A DNA stretch of 64,000 nt from a virus, in IMG/VR virus record IMGVR_UViG_3300030107_008258, positions 80,419 through 144,418 of that record; one strand, given 5' to 3'. The position numbers and the translations under genes are program-made. Shown here piece by piece: positions 1 through 11,027 of this stretch; positions within the stretch are counted from its first letter, which is position 1, and the number at the start of each line of letters is the position of its first letter. The notes under the pieces are model-generated. The model made no database searches and was not told where the DNA came from. It worked only from the letters and a program-made list of their open reading frames with translations.

Positions 1-26
1 TCGTCTGCAATATCGACAATTTTCAT
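1..26 (-). CDS. 5' end of a late gene running off the window (MKIVDIAD...)
   Basis: ATG at 26 preceded by the GTGTAAT late motif (37-42); frame open to the edge. Confidence 0.55.
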
Positions 27-64
27 ATAGTATAAATTACACTATATGGAGTTTTTTTGGAAAA

Positions 65-337
65 TTAAGTATGTTCGGCCGGTCTTTCCCCTAAAACCGA
101 AGTATCCCACACGGCACGAACCTCAACCTCCGAAGTAGCGTCGTTAAGGGCCGTGCTATTTGTCACGTCTCTCAAAGCTTGTTTTTTGGTGGCAACCTCT
201 GTCTTCTTGGATGCATCTCCTGCTTCATCAGCACGTTGATAATCAATATCTAGAGCCTCTAAAAGAGGTTTACGAACTTGACGAAAACGTTCCTTTTGAA
301 GCTCTTTGGCTTTTGGTATATTTACTCCTATTGGCAT
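65..337 (-). CDS. Small tail-fibre assembly/chaperone-like protein
   Basis: R.PLLEALD.DYQRA.E...KQALRDVT pattern typical of fibre-associated small proteins of marine phages; lies downstream of fibre genes. Confidence 0.55.
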   Translation of the reverse strand: MPIGVNIPKAKELQKERFRQVRKPLLEALDIDYQRADEAGDASKKTEVATKKQALRDVTNSTALNDATSEVEVRAVWDTSVLGERPAEHT

Positions 338-340
338 AAC

Positions 341-580
341 TTATGACTCCGAATACTCCCAAGCGTTTCTGAAATACCTATCGGCGGGGAGGTCGCCAGT
401 AGAAATAATTTGAAAAGGAACTCCTGCCGGTACGTCTTTAGCGGCGATTCTGGCCATAAACTCTTCATGGGTTTCGCCTTGTTCAACGGCTTCAGGAGCA
501 GGGACAACTACTGCGACACCGCTGTAACTCTCCCCTTCTGCGGGAGCCGTTGGATAAATAATTCTTCCTGTGATGTCCAT
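341..580 (-). CDS. Small tail-fibre-associated protein
   Basis: IAAKDVPAG.PF.II...DLP.DRYFRNAW motif common next to marine phage fibres; late motif at 590-595. Confidence 0.6.
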   Translation of the reverse strand: MDITGRIIYPTAPAEGESYSGVAVVVPAPEAVEQGETHEEFMARIAAKDVPAGVPFQIISTGDLPADRYFRNAWEYSES

Positions 581-629
581 TTCTTTTTATTACACTTATT
601 TTAATTATTTTTGGTTAAAAGTCCATTTT

Positions 630-1751
630 TTAACTCCCGAAAAATAGTAGATGAACAGGACCGCAGTCTCCATCATTTGTGTCATTGTAGTTTAACACGT
701 CTATCCTAAAAGCTGAAGCTGTGGGTAAGCTTGATCCTTGGCTATTAGCTCCGTAAACATGCATACCGCTTCCGTTTGAGCTATTATACTCTCCCATCGC
801 AACGCAGCAATAATCTGTAGCTCCACTCATAGCTGTAGAAAAATTCACCGTAAAGCTACCGGTTGTATTGTCTGTGATAGACGAAACATTATAACTTGAA
901 TTTATCGACCCGTTTGTTCCTACAAAATTCACCCACGCTTTTGCAATCCTATTATTTTCCTCCTTTAACTGCCCTTCTTCTGTTCCGGTTCCATCTGAGT
1001 CAACTACGATATGTTTCGTGGAGCTTCCTGCTACAGCAGCGGTATAATGAGATGATGTCGGAGGAGTGAAGTTTGAAGTATACCGAGCGACACCCTTCGT
1101 AAGTCTAAAATCATCTAAGTATCCCGTCATGTATTCCGTGCTATGAGATTTACCGATATGTATACCTCCATTAGCGTCCAAGCTTGTAGTATGAGTCCAA
1201 GCAGATCCTTTTTCGACACCGTCTCTGTAAACTTTTATATCGCCACTTGACCGGACAACAGCTACGTGATACCAAGTATCAGCAGAAAGAGTATCACCCC
1301 AATTATTTCCTCCCGCAGTATAGCCATAAGACCAATTGCCAGACCCGCCTCCGCCGCCGTCCCATCTAAAAAGAAAAAATCCTGCACTATCTGCATTAGC
1401 CGCAAGAATATAGTACCCACTACTGGTAACAGTGGAAAATCTTACCCAAAATTCCCAAGTGAAGTCGCCTGTGCCAAAAGTCCAGTCAGCATGATCAGCA
1501 AGAGTTAAATGATCGCTTCCATCTAGATATAAACTACTTGACCCATATTTTTTCTGAGCGGTAACAATTTTGGCATCACCGTTAAAAGTTATGGAATGCT
1601 CTGTAGAACTTCCATCTGTAGTGGAGGTGTCGTTATTAGAACCCTCAAAAGGAAGCATGAGAACCGTTTCTGAAGAACCGGGCGAAGCTATAGACGCTGC
1701 TGAAGCGGGTGTTCCATCTACTTTAATTTTATCTAGTTTAAATTCTTTCAT
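630..1751 (-). CDS. LamG/concanavalin-A-like virion protein
   Basis: FGTGDFTWEFW...WYHVAVVR...GYLDDFRLTKGVARYTSNFTPP LamG signature plus C-terminal AKAWVNF...SYNVSSITD domain. Confidence 0.8.
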   Translation of the reverse strand: MKEFKLDKIKVDGTPASAASIASPGSSETVLMLPFEGSNNDTSTTDGSSTEHSITFNGDAKIVTAQKKYGSSSLYLDGSDHLTLADHADWTFGTGDFTWEFWVRFSTVTSSGYYILAANADSAGFFLFRWDGGGGGSGNWSYGYTAGGNNWGDTLSADTWYHVAVVRSSGDIKVYRDGVEKGSAWTHTTSLDANGGIHIGKSHSTEYMTGYLDDFRLTKGVARYTSNFTPPTSSHYTAAVAGSSTKHIVVDSDGTGTEEGQLKEENNRIAKAWVNFVGTNGSINSSYNVSSITDNTTGSFTVNFSTAMSGATDYCCVAMGEYNSSNGSGMHVYGANSQGSSLPTASAFRIDVLNYNDTNDGDCGPVHLLFFGS

Positions 1752-1754
1752 TTT

Positions 1755-2864
1755 TTAATTCCCGAAAACCATCACGCCGATATAAGCGTCATCTTGAGTT
1801 GAAGAGTCATTATAAGTCACTCTTATTGCTACCCCTGAAGTTGTTCTTGTGCCGTCTAATGATACGTCCCTACCGTTTGTAGTTACGCCGTTATTTCCTG
1901 CACTGCCTGCAAAACAATAATTTGCATCTGTCAAAGCGGTTGAAAAATTAACAGTAAACCTAGCTGTGTCCGTGTCTGTTATGCTACTTACGTTATAACT
2001 AGCATTGATAGAAGGAGTTCCTGACCCGGTAAAGTTCACCCACGCTTTTGCAAGCCGCACTGGATTTATACCACCTGTTCCAACTATGACCCCATCAGCA
2101 TCTTCGTTAACAATGATTTGCTTGAGAGAATCACCTCCAGTAGTTAGATGCGCAGTAGTCGGTGCAGTAAAGTTAGACGTATACCTAGCTAAACCTTTAG
2201 TTATTCTTAAATCGTCCAAATAGTACTTAGCTCGTCCGGACGCGCCCCCACTAAGCTGATCCCCAAAAGCCATACCAGCAGTCCTTCCGAACTGACCCGT
2301 ATGACTTTGTGTGTTAGAATCAGCAGTGCCATTTATGTATATTTTTAAAGTACCACTATGCCTAACTAGGGCTATATGTGTCCACGCCCCAGTAGACACC
2401 GCAGGATTAGCTGAATGAAAAACACTAGTGCCAGCGTAATACCAACTAAGCCTCCCTGCAGTTCCAGCGGAAGTTTTACCCATCCATATTTGGTGTCTAG
2501 TACTACCGCTAGAATCCCATTGGTCAAACAACGCATAACTCTCAGAAAAATCAGTGAAATAGAACCAAGCTTCCATGGTAAATTCTCCAGTGCCCATGTT
2601 AAATCCGTCACTAGAAGAAAGCTCTATGCCGTCAGCAATATATATACTAGTAGCGCCAAACTTTTTTTGGGTGCTGCTTAATTGATCTCCTGTAGCGTAA
2701 GAAAGAGTAAGGTTTTTATTGCTTGCATCTAATCCTGTCGTAGTAGTCGCCGTATCACTACCATCAAAATTGAACATCGCAGTCACTTTTGAAAAATGTG
2801 TATCTCCAGCTTCTGCCGTGTCCGCTGGTTTCAATTGTCCTATTCTTAATTTTTGTAAATTCAT
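1755..2864 (-). CDS. LamG/concanavalin-A-like virion protein, paralogue of 630-1751
   Basis: Same two-domain layout (MGTGEFTMEAW...LDDLRITKGLARYTSNFT; AKAWVNF...SYNVSSITD). Confidence 0.8.
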   Translation of the reverse strand: MNLQKLRIGQLKPADTAEAGDTHFSKVTAMFNFDGSDTATTTTGLDASNKNLTLSYATGDQLSSTQKKFGATSIYIADGIELSSSDGFNMGTGEFTMEAWFYFTDFSESYALFDQWDSSGSTRHQIWMGKTSAGTAGRLSWYYAGTSVFHSANPAVSTGAWTHIALVRHSGTLKIYINGTADSNTQSHTGQFGRTAGMAFGDQLSGGASGRAKYYLDDLRITKGLARYTSNFTAPTTAHLTTGGDSLKQIIVNEDADGVIVGTGGINPVRLAKAWVNFTGSGTPSINASYNVSSITDTDTARFTVNFSTALTDANYCFAGSAGNNGVTTNGRDVSLDGTRTTSGVAIRVTYNDSSTQDDAYIGVMVFGN

Positions 2865-5800
2865 TAGTATATGTGCCTCACCATTATTTTATCTCCGCTT
2901 GCTATTTCCCCATCTGTAAAGTAAAGGCCTGTTCCAGCGGTAACTGAAAAGTTTGCGCCGCTGTCCTGAACCAAGCCATTAACGAAAACAAAAATTTCAT
3001 CCGCGGTTGAAATTGATCGACTCATTTCAAACCCGCTAACCACACCATTTCCGGTAAATCTTTCGGTTAGATAACTAATATCCGCCGAAGCTCCCGCCGT
3101 TCCCGAAGGCCCTAAAGCTAAATGTCGGAAACTAATTTCATGCCCGCTTACAACTCCTGTCGTAAAAGAAACACCGGTTGCCCCTGCTAATGTATAATCT
3201 ATAATTGGGGTTTGAATCAAACCCTCAACTGATACCAGCACATCCCTTGCGTTAGAGACGTTCTCTGAAAGTGCGTAATTAGTCGTGGTTCCATCCCCAG
3301 TATATACTTGATCGAAAGCTATACCGTGCCCTAGTGCGCCTAATTTATTAACATTTACGTAAAGTCTGTCGGGAGTAAAAGTATTATCCGACAACTTCTT
3401 AATCATTAGTTGGGAGTTAGACAGTTTTTCTATGCCATAATCTACATCACTATCGTCTATGCCGCCAATTTGACCAATATACTTATTTTCTGTAATGCCT
3501 GCTGATGTCGGGTGAGCGGCGGACGTAGGGGTAAAATTACTAGTATAACGAGCAAGTCCTTTTGTAACCCTGAAATCGTCTATATAACCTTGGAATCCGT
3601 AACCCCCGTCAAGACTTGCGTTATGAATGTTGCCTATCCTAAATGGTCTGGATCTATCAAAATCAGTAGAGTTAGAGCCGGAACCTCGAGCTGTTCCATC
3701 TATATAAAGAGTCATCGTAGAACCTTCTCTAACTACAGCAAAATGTTGCCATTGGTCATTAGTTTGATGATCTTGATTTATGTCAATGACATTAGAACGA
3801 TTTACAGCGACTCTTAATTCATCGTTCCCGCCGCTCCCCAAGTATAAACCTATTCCATCAGTACTAGTAGTATCCTCTCCTCCTCTTGTTTCAAATATAT
3901 ATCCATAGGCAGTATGAGTCCTATAAACCCACATCTCTATGGTAAAATCACCTGTGCCAAAATTAAAATCAGAACTTCCAGCTATAGTAACGTGGTCGTT
4001 ACTCCCTCCCGGTAAATAAAGACTACTCCCTCCGAACTTACTTTGCGCTGTAGAGATATCGGCGCTACCGTTAAAGCTTACGGTATGATTACTATCACTT
4101 TCGTCCGTGGTTGAAGTGGCGTCATTCGCACCATCAAACGGAAGAAGTAACTCTACTTTATCAAAATTTGAGTCTCCAACAGCCGAGTCTCTCTCCTCTA
4201 TGACACTGACATCAAACTTATTATCTGCAAGATCAAGGTTAGAAATTGTACCACTTGCGTTTTGTAATATCCCAGTTCCTGTCCCTCCTAAAGTTAGACC
4301 GGTAAAATATCCTTGTTCAACAGATTGATGACCAGATAAAGTAGAAGTGTCGAAAGTTGTTTCTACTGCATTTCCTGCTGAGTTAACTGTTAAAACTCTA
4401 TTCGCAGTAAATGATCCCGGCGTATCGCTTAAGCCAACGAATGTAGACGAGCCTCCTCCTCCGCCGCCGCCGCCCTCAAATACAGAACCGCTTTGGTATA
4501 TAGTGCCCGAGATTTCAATATCACCAACAACGTGGAATTTTTTCGAAGGGGTTATTGTACCTACGCCAACGTTCCCATCACCATTTACAATTAAGTTGTT
4601 CGCATGAGCCGTGTCGTTCGGTCCAAAAGCTCTCGCGCCACCTTCGGCGACAATATATGCTGTAGTGTCGTTATCTGAAACGGCAATCTTAGCCCTGTTA
4701 GTTCTACTCTTAACTTTTAAACCTATTTCAGTTCCACCTTCAGAATTGAAAGTGACTACCTTTGTTTGTCCGCTAACAGAATTACCAACTTGAAAATCTA
4801 CTGATGGATCAGTAGTTCCTATACCAATTTTCCCTCCCGGTAGAATTGTAAGGCGATCAACTAAAGTATCATCTGACGCTCCCGGAGTTGCAAAAGCTAT
4901 TTTGGCAGGAGCAGAAACAGTATTTGCCGCTCCATAGCGAGTAACGACTATCGCCGCAGAATTTCTATAAGTAGAACCACTAGGAGCGTAAGCCACATAA
5001 GAAGTTGTCCCAACAATATCTCCATCACTTGTTCCTGTTGGGCTAGCTTCTGTTCCGGTTGACCTTTGGAAAAATTGCCTTACTGCACCCGAACTGTGTC
5101 CAGACCCGCTGTAATGCAACATAAGGTGACTCCCGTCTCCGGCCGAAATTTGTAATGATTTAGCCGGTGCATCAGTTCCTATGCCGACTTTAGCCCCGTA
5201 GGGGTTTATAACTAAATCATCGTTGCTCTTGGTTTGAATCCATGCATAGTTTCCTCCGTCATGCGCCCCAATATTTAACCCATTAGTAGCTGTTCCAAAA
5301 TGTACGCCATGTGTGCTGGCCGATCCATCTGAAGAGTCAACTACCACTTGGAGCTTTGTGCTTGGGCTATCTGTTCCTATACCAATTTTGCCGTCAGCAG
5401 TTATACGCATCGCCTCACTAACAGAAGTTCCGTTATTAGTTGTTAAAAACGACAGGTACCCATTAACCGCACTATCGGTATTGGACTGAACTCCTCCTCG
5501 AACTTCAGAATGGACTATATTAGCCGTACCATCATTATCTTTCCCTAGGAACTGAATGTATCCCAATGCTGCATCATCAGCAGGAGATGCGGCGTTATTG
5601 TATAATTGTAAGGTTACTGCGTTATCAGTTCTTTCGAATTTGATAGCGTCTCCAAGGACATGAAGCTTTTGGGCCGGTGCATTAGTCCCTATGCCAACTA
5701 AGCCATCCGCTTGAACGCGCATTCTTTCTGCTGTGGAATAATAAATAAAATCATTAGAAGCAGAATAAAACATCAAATCGTTAGAAGTACCGCCTACAAG

Positions 5801-8800
5801 AGAGGCTTTAGTTCCAAAAGATCCCACATCAGTAGCACCCCTTAAGAAATTTATATGAGCACCTTTAGCCGAATCGCTTCCTCCTTGTAATTTTACTATA
5901 ACATTAGCGTCGGTAGCGGAATATAAATGAAGCTTCGACGCTGGGGCGTTTGTCCCTATACCGACGCTACCACTTGAATCTATCTTAACTGCTTCAGTAA
6001 TCCCGCTGGTAGTCCCAACAAAAAGTGCTAAATCAGTAGCGGCAGATGCCCCTCCATCCAACGCGTACATTCCAGCGAATTCCTCTCCAGAATTACCTAA
6101 AGAAATACCACCAATTATATTATTGTTCGAGTTAGCTCCCCCACTAAATCCTAATTTAAGCCCGAGGTTTAAGGCGGTTGTGGTGGTTAAGGCAGTAACA
6201 GCTGAACCGTCTTGTCCTACTGCTGGGTAAGAAATATGAAGCTTGGTAGTGGGAGCTGCTATTCCTATACCAACATTACCTCCGGTCATGAAAGAAGCAT
6301 TGTCTGAATCTAAACGAACAGTCTCAGTCCCTCCATCTTTCTTTATAGACAATCTTCCATCGCCCGCCGATTGACGGAACACGAATAAACTATCTCCATC
6401 ATGCGCAGCTATTTGTAAAGGGTTGGTATTATTATCTATACTTTTTATAGAAAAAGCATTGTCAGGATCTGCAGCTTGATTAACTCCAACTACTGCACCA
6501 TTATCTTGCATGGCCCCGGAAGTTAAAGTATTGCTATCAGACCATCTTGCCACGTAGCCTGCGACTCCCGCACCGTCCGTAAAGTTACCAGTCATCGAGG
6601 TATCAATTAAACTACCAGTTTCACTATCTAAAGTAGCAAGACCGCTGAGAGTTGATATCTCCGAAGTAAGAGTTTGACCCGTGGTTATCAAGTTACTGGT
6701 CAGCGTAGTAATATCACTATCATTACTTGTGATCTGCGTTTGCAAAGTTTGACCAGTAGTAATCAGATTCCCGCTAACGTCATCTACAAAACTTCCAGTA
6801 GAGACTAAGTTACTAGTTAACGTAGATATGTCAGAATCGTTACTCGTGATTTGAGTCTGGAGTGTCTGGCCAGTGGTAACTAAGTTTGGAGCAGTCGCTA
6901 CAAGACTTCCATCCGCAGCTAGGGGAAAATTCAGCTCGAATCTATCTGTAGAATCGTTAAATAAAATATTTGCATTTGCCGCGCTTCCCCGATTTATCGT
7001 AATACCCCCAGAAACCAAGGTAATCCCAGCGCCAGATTCACCACTGTTAATTTCAATTAAGTTATCCTTAATAGCAAGATTTGTAGCGGTGATAGTTGTT
7101 TGAGTACCTGTTACATTTAAGTCTCCTATAGTTACTGTATCGCTAAAAGTTTTATTGCCCGCAATAGTCTGGTTAGATGTAAGCTTAACAGTTGTGGTAT
7201 CTAGAGTATTACCTGTTGAAGCCAAATTTGAAGTTAAAGTAGTTATATCACTATCATTTGAAGTGATTTGAGTTTGTAAGGTTTGCCCCGTGGTTATTAG
7301 GTTCCCGCTAATATCATCAACAACTGCCCCGGTTGAAACTAGGTTAGAGGAAACCGTATTAATATTAGTTGTTAAAGTTTGCCCAGTAGTAACCAAGTTA
7401 CTAGTCAAAGTAGAAATATCAGAGTCGTTACTAGTTATCTGCGTCTGTAACGTTTGACCAGTGGTAATCAGATTACCACTAATATCGTCAACAACTGCTC
7501 CGGTTGAAACTAGGTTGCTAGTTAAGGTCGTTATGTCAGAATCATTGCTAGTTATTTGCGTTTGCAGAGTCTGACCACTAGTAATAAGGTTTCCACTAAC
7601 ATCGTCGACTACTGAACCCGTTGAAACCAAATTAGTTGAGACTGTGTTTATATTAGTGGTCAATGTTTGACCAGTCGTGACTAAATTACTTGTTAGCGTC
7701 GATATGTCTGAATCATTACTAGTTATCTGAGTCTGTAATGTCTGCCCTGTTGTTATAAGATTTCCGCTAACATCATCAACCACACTACCTGTTGAAACCA
7801 AATTACTCGATACAGTGTTTGTGTTTGTTGTTAAAGTCTGCCCGGTAGTAACCAAATTAGCGGATGTAGCAAAAACTCCTGTTTCAGCATCTGTGACCAA
7901 AGTTCCCGACTCTAAAAATTCGACAGAATCCCCTGCTGAATTAACAGCGAGCAACCTGCTAGCGGTCAAAGCGCCGGGAGTATCACTCAATCCAACAAAT
8001 GTCGAGCTTCCCCCTCCTCCTCCAGCACTTACTCCTGAAAATATCAATCCATCTCTATCGGCATTTACCACGACAGATTGGCCTACTGCACCCAAACTAC
8101 CCGGAGTATCATCCAAATCTAGGAAGTTTACTGCAAAATCCCCCGTCATGGACGTATCAACTAAATTACCAGTTTCAGAATCGAGCGTTGCGACTCCACT
8201 TAATGTATCAATTTTGGAGTCTAACGTACTTCCAGTTGAAGAGAGATTAGATGTTAATGTTGATATATCTGAATCATTGCTGGTAATTTGTGTTTGCAGC
8301 GTTTGGCCGGTGGTAACCAAATTAGAAGTTAGAGTAGTTATATCACTATCGTTAGAAGTTATTTGGGTCTGCAGAGTTTGGCCCGTTGTTACTAAATTGC
8401 TTGTAATTGTAGATATATCGGAATCGTTAGAAGTAATTTGTGACTGAAGTGTTTGTCCAGTTGTAATTAAATTACTTGTTATAGTTGATATATCTGAATC
8501 ATTGCTTGTTGTTAAACCTGACACTATAGCTATTTCGTCAGTTAATGTTTGTCCGGTAGTTATTAAATTAGAAGTAACGGTAGCTAAATCGGTATCGTTC
8601 CCCTGAGTGAGTCCTGAAACTGTTACTATATCAGCGGCTAAAGTTGAACCTGTAGAAGCTAAATTAGTAGTTAAAGTAGTTACTTCAGAATCCAAGGTTG
8701 AACCTGTAGAAGCGAGGTTGCTAGTTAGGCTTGAAATGTCTGTATCGTTAGAAGTTATTTGTGTTTGTAAAGTCTGCCCTGTCGTAATAAGGTTTGCAGC

Positions 8801-11026
8801 TTCGGCAAAAACTCCTGTTTGACTCTGTTTGACTGCTAGACTTCCCTCAACAGATAAGGGAAAATTAACTTCAAACTGATCGGTAGAATCATTAAATAAG
8901 ATATTGGCGTCGGTAGCGCTTCCCCTGTCTATAACAAGACCTCCTGAAGAAAGCGTTATTCCAGCTCCGTCTTCACCACTATTCAAAACAATAATATTGT
9001 CTTTAATGGCCGTATCGGTTGTTTCAACAATTGTACGAGTACCAGTAACTGTTAAGTTTTTGATTGAGACATCACCAAAAGTAATAGTTCCTGTCGTATC
9101 GAATTTTATTCCTCCTTCTGAAGGAGATGATAAAGTTGCTTCGCTTCCTATTTTAATTGAGTCTGAGGATACAATTAAATCGTCAAAATGTCCGCTCCTA
9201 AACGGTAACGAAGGAGACCCTAAATTAATAGTCCCACTTGCATTAGGTAAGATTTCTCCCGAAATTGTTCCCCCCGCTTTGTTAAGTTTTATATCTTGTA
9301 TCTCTCCTGTAGCAGTTTGTAAGGTAGAAATATCGGAATCGTTACTGGTAATTTGGGATTGTAAATTATTTCCCGTCGATATTAAGTTGCCGCTTACAGT
9401 ATCAATATCATCTTGAAGATTTTGGCCTGTCGTAATTAGGTTTCCGCTTAGGGTATCTCTTTTGCTATCTAGGGTGTTACCAGAAGAAATCAAATTACCG
9501 CTTAGGGTATCTCTCTTTTGATCTAAGGTATTACCTGTTGAAATAATGTTTCCGCTTAAAGTATCCCTTTTCTCGTCTAGAGTATTTCCTGAAGAAATTA
9601 AATTTCCGCTCAATATATCTCTTAACGAATCAAGATGATTACCTGTAGATATAATTGTGTTAGTGAGTGTTGTGCCTGTTGTTATTAAGTTACCACTTAA
9701 TGTAGTTATGTCGGCATCATTACCAATAATCTGATTCTCTAAATTATTTCCTGTAGAAATTATGTTTGTATTAATTGATGCAATGTCTGAATCATTGCTA
9801 TTAATTTGGGCCTGAAGATTATTACCTGTTGAAATAAGATTCCCACTTAAAGTATCACGCGAAGCATCTAGGGCATTTCCCGTCGATATTAAATTCCCAC
9901 TTAAAGTATCCCTTTGTGAATCTAAAGTATTCCCCGTTGCGATTAAATCGGGGTCAGTGGCAAAAGTTCCAGAGTTTAAATATAGAAGAGATTCGCTTGA
10001 TGAATCAACAGCTACTAGCCCTCCATTGGCCGGAAATTGAGTTTGCAAGGAAGAATAATCATTGGGCGCATCAACTAAACCTGTGAACTTGACCGCCCCA
10101 CCACCTTCTCCACCTACTCCCGTAACAGGGGGTATATCGTAGGCAATTCCATCTCCCGCGCTATTTACTTTTAAATATTTTCCTTGGTTTCCTGCTAATG
10201 TTACATCATCCAAATCTTTTATATGAGTGGCAAAATTGCCCGTCATGGAATGAAAAACAGACAAGCCGCTTAAGGTGTTTACTTCTGTAGTAAGGTATGA
10301 TCCTGTTGAAGCAAGATTAGTTGTTAAGGTTTGACCAGTAGTTATTAAATTAGCGGCTACTGTAGACCCTGTCGATTGTAAATTAGTTGTAAGATTAGCG
10401 ATATCTGTGTCATTGGTAGTAATTTGGCCTTGTAATGTTTGTCCTGTTACTACAAGGTTGGGAGCTAGCGCTAACTCGCTCCCGTCTACCGCAACAGGAA
10501 AGTTTAATTCAAACCTATCAGTATTATCGTTAAAAAGTATTGTAGCATTTTCTAGAGTTCCCCTATCTACAACTAATCCTCCCGAAGTAAGAGTAATTCC
10601 CGCTCCAGCTTCACCGCTATTTATTACAATTATATTATCTTTGACCGCGAGATCAGTAGAACTTATTATAGATTGAGTTCCTGTTACAGTTAGATTCTTA
10701 ACCTTAATATCGCCAAAGATAGTTTCTCCCTCGGTATCGAAACTAAACCCCCCTCCCGGTCCTGCCGAAATCGTAGCCTCATCTCCTAATTTTAAAGAGT
10801 CAGCCGCAAGATGAGCTGTCTTTGCATAAAGATTCAAAAACCGCTTGGAAGGTGAACCTAAATCTACCGTATCAGTTTGGTGGGGAAGAAGAGCCCCAGA
10901 AATAATACCTCCCTTTGTCCCCAGTTTATCTTCCTGTAGATTTGTGGTGACGATAGCTGTCGATGTTTTTCCCTCTACCGACGTTTCGGTTTTGCCGCTG
11001 ATTACAACATCTACAGAAATAGCCAT
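2864..11026 (-). CDS. Giant (2720 aa) tail fibre: coiled-coil repeats, GNVGIGT repeats, LamG domain
   Basis: Many NL(I/V)(T/S)TGQTLQTQITSNDSDI repeats, three copies of a KDNII.INSGE.GAGITL module, G(N/K)(V/I)GIGT repeats, LamG block near the C-terminus. Confidence 0.8.
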   Translation of the reverse strand: MAISVDVVISGKTETSVEGKTSTAIVTTNLQEDKLGTKGGIISGALLPHQTDTVDLGSPSKRFLNLYAKTAHLAADSLKLGDEATISAGPGGGFSFDTEGETIFGDIKVKNLTVTGTQSIISSTDLAVKDNIIVINSGEAGAGITLTSGGLVVDRGTLENATILFNDNTDRFELNFPVAVDGSELALAPNLVVTGQTLQGQITTNDTDIANLTTNLQSTGSTVAANLITTGQTLTTNLASTGSYLTTEVNTLSGLSVFHSMTGNFATHIKDLDDVTLAGNQGKYLKVNSAGDGIAYDIPPVTGVGGEGGGAVKFTGLVDAPNDYSSLQTQFPANGGLVAVDSSSESLLYLNSGTFATDPDLIATGNTLDSQRDTLSGNLISTGNALDASRDTLSGNLISTGNNLQAQINSNDSDIASINTNIISTGNNLENQIIGNDADITTLSGNLITTGTTLTNTIISTGNHLDSLRDILSGNLISSGNTLDEKRDTLSGNIISTGNTLDQKRDTLSGNLISSGNTLDSKRDTLSGNLITTGQNLQDDIDTVSGNLISTGNNLQSQITSNDSDISTLQTATGEIQDIKLNKAGGTISGEILPNASGTINLGSPSLPFRSGHFDDLIVSSDSIKIGSEATLSSPSEGGIKFDTTGTITFGDVSIKNLTVTGTRTIVETTDTAIKDNIIVLNSGEDGAGITLSSGGLVIDRGSATDANILFNDSTDQFEVNFPLSVEGSLAVKQSQTGVFAEAANLITTGQTLQTQITSNDTDISSLTSNLASTGSTLDSEVTTLTTNLASTGSTLAADIVTVSGLTQGNDTDLATVTSNLITTGQTLTDEIAIVSGLTTSNDSDISTITSNLITTGQTLQSQITSNDSDISTITSNLVTTGQTLQTQITSNDSDITTLTSNLVTTGQTLQTQITSNDSDISTLTSNLSSTGSTLDSKIDTLSGVATLDSETGNLVDTSMTGDFAVNFLDLDDTPGSLGAVGQSVVVNADRDGLIFSGVSAGGGGGSSTFVGLSDTPGALTASRLLAVNSAGDSVEFLESGTLVTDAETGVFATSANLVTTGQTLTTNTNTVSSNLVSTGSVVDDVSGNLITTGQTLQTQITSNDSDISTLTSNLVTTGQTLTTNINTVSTNLVSTGSVVDDVSGNLITSGQTLQTQITSNDSDITTLTSNLVSTGAVVDDISGNLITTGQTLQTQITSNDSDISTLTSNLVTTGQTLTTNINTVSSNLVSTGAVVDDISGNLITTGQTLQTQITSNDSDITTLTSNLASTGNTLDTTTVKLTSNQTIAGNKTFSDTVTIGDLNVTGTQTTITATNLAIKDNLIEINSGESGAGITLVSGGITINRGSAANANILFNDSTDRFELNFPLAADGSLVATAPNLVTTGQTLQTQITSNDSDISTLTSNLVSTGSFVDDVSGNLITTGQTLQTQITSNDSDITTLTSNLITTGQTLTSEISTLSGLATLDSETGSLIDTSMTGNFTDGAGVAGYVARWSDSNTLTSGAMQDNGAVVGVNQAADPDNAFSIKSIDNNTNPLQIAAHDGDSLFVFRQSAGDGRLSIKKDGGTETVRLDSDNASFMTGGNVGIGIAAPTTKLHISYPAVGQDGSAVTALTTTTALNLGLKLGFSGGANSNNNIIGGISLGNSGEEFAGMYALDGGASAATDLALFVGTTSGITEAVKIDSSGSVGIGTNAPASKLHLYSATDANVIVKLQGGSDSAKGAHINFLRGATDVGSFGTKASLVGGTSNDLMFYSASNDFIYYSTAERMRVQADGLVGIGTNAPAQKLHVLGDAIKFERTDNAVTLQLYNNAASPADDAALGYIQFLGKDNDGTANIVHSEVRGGVQSNTDSAVNGYLSFLTTNNGTSVSEAMRITADGKIGIGTDSPSTKLQVVVDSSDGSASTHGVHFGTATNGLNIGAHDGGNYAWIQTKSNDDLVINPYGAKVGIGTDAPAKSLQISAGDGSHLMLHYSGSGHSSGAVRQFFQRSTGTEASPTGTSDGDIVGTTSYVAYAPSGSTYRNSAAIVVTRYGAANTVSAPAKIAFATPGASDDTLVDRLTILPGGKIGIGTTDPSVDFQVGNSVSGQTKVVTFNSEGGTEIGLKVKSRTNRAKIAVSDNDTTAYIVAEGGARAFGPNDTAHANNLIVNGDGNVGVGTITPSKKFHVVGDIEISGTIYQSGSVFEGGGGGGGGSSTFVGLSDTPGSFTANRVLTVNSAGNAVETTFDTSTLSGHQSVEQGYFTGLTLGGTGTGILQNASGTISNLDLADNKFDVSVIEERDSAVGDSNFDKVELLLPFDGANDATSTTDESDSNHTVSFNGSADISTAQSKFGGSSLYLPGGSNDHVTIAGSSDFNFGTGDFTIEMWVYRTHTAYGYIFETRGGEDTTSTDGIGLYLGSGGNDELRVAVNRSNVIDINQDHQTNDQWQHFAVVREGSTMTLYIDGTARGSGSNSTDFDRSRPFRIGNIHNASLDGGYGFQGYIDDFRVTKGLARYTSNFTPTSAAHPTSAGITENKYIGQIGGIDDSDVDYGIEKLSNSQLMIKKLSDNTFTPDRLYVNVNKLGALGHGIAFDQVYTGDGTTTNYALSENVSNARDVLVSVEGLIQTPIIDYTLAGATGVSFTTGVVSGHEISFRHLALGPSGTAGASADISYLTERFTGNGVVSGFEMSRSISTADEIFVFVNGLVQDSGANFSVTAGTGLYFTDGEIASGDKIMVRHIY
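7200..9950 (-). repeat. Degenerate coding tandem repeats (SGNLI(S/T)TG / QITSNDSDI units) in the giant fibre
   Basis: Seen in the translation; 11- and 18-residue units with synonymous divergence; boundaries approximate. Confidence 0.85.
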
Positions 11027-11027
11027 T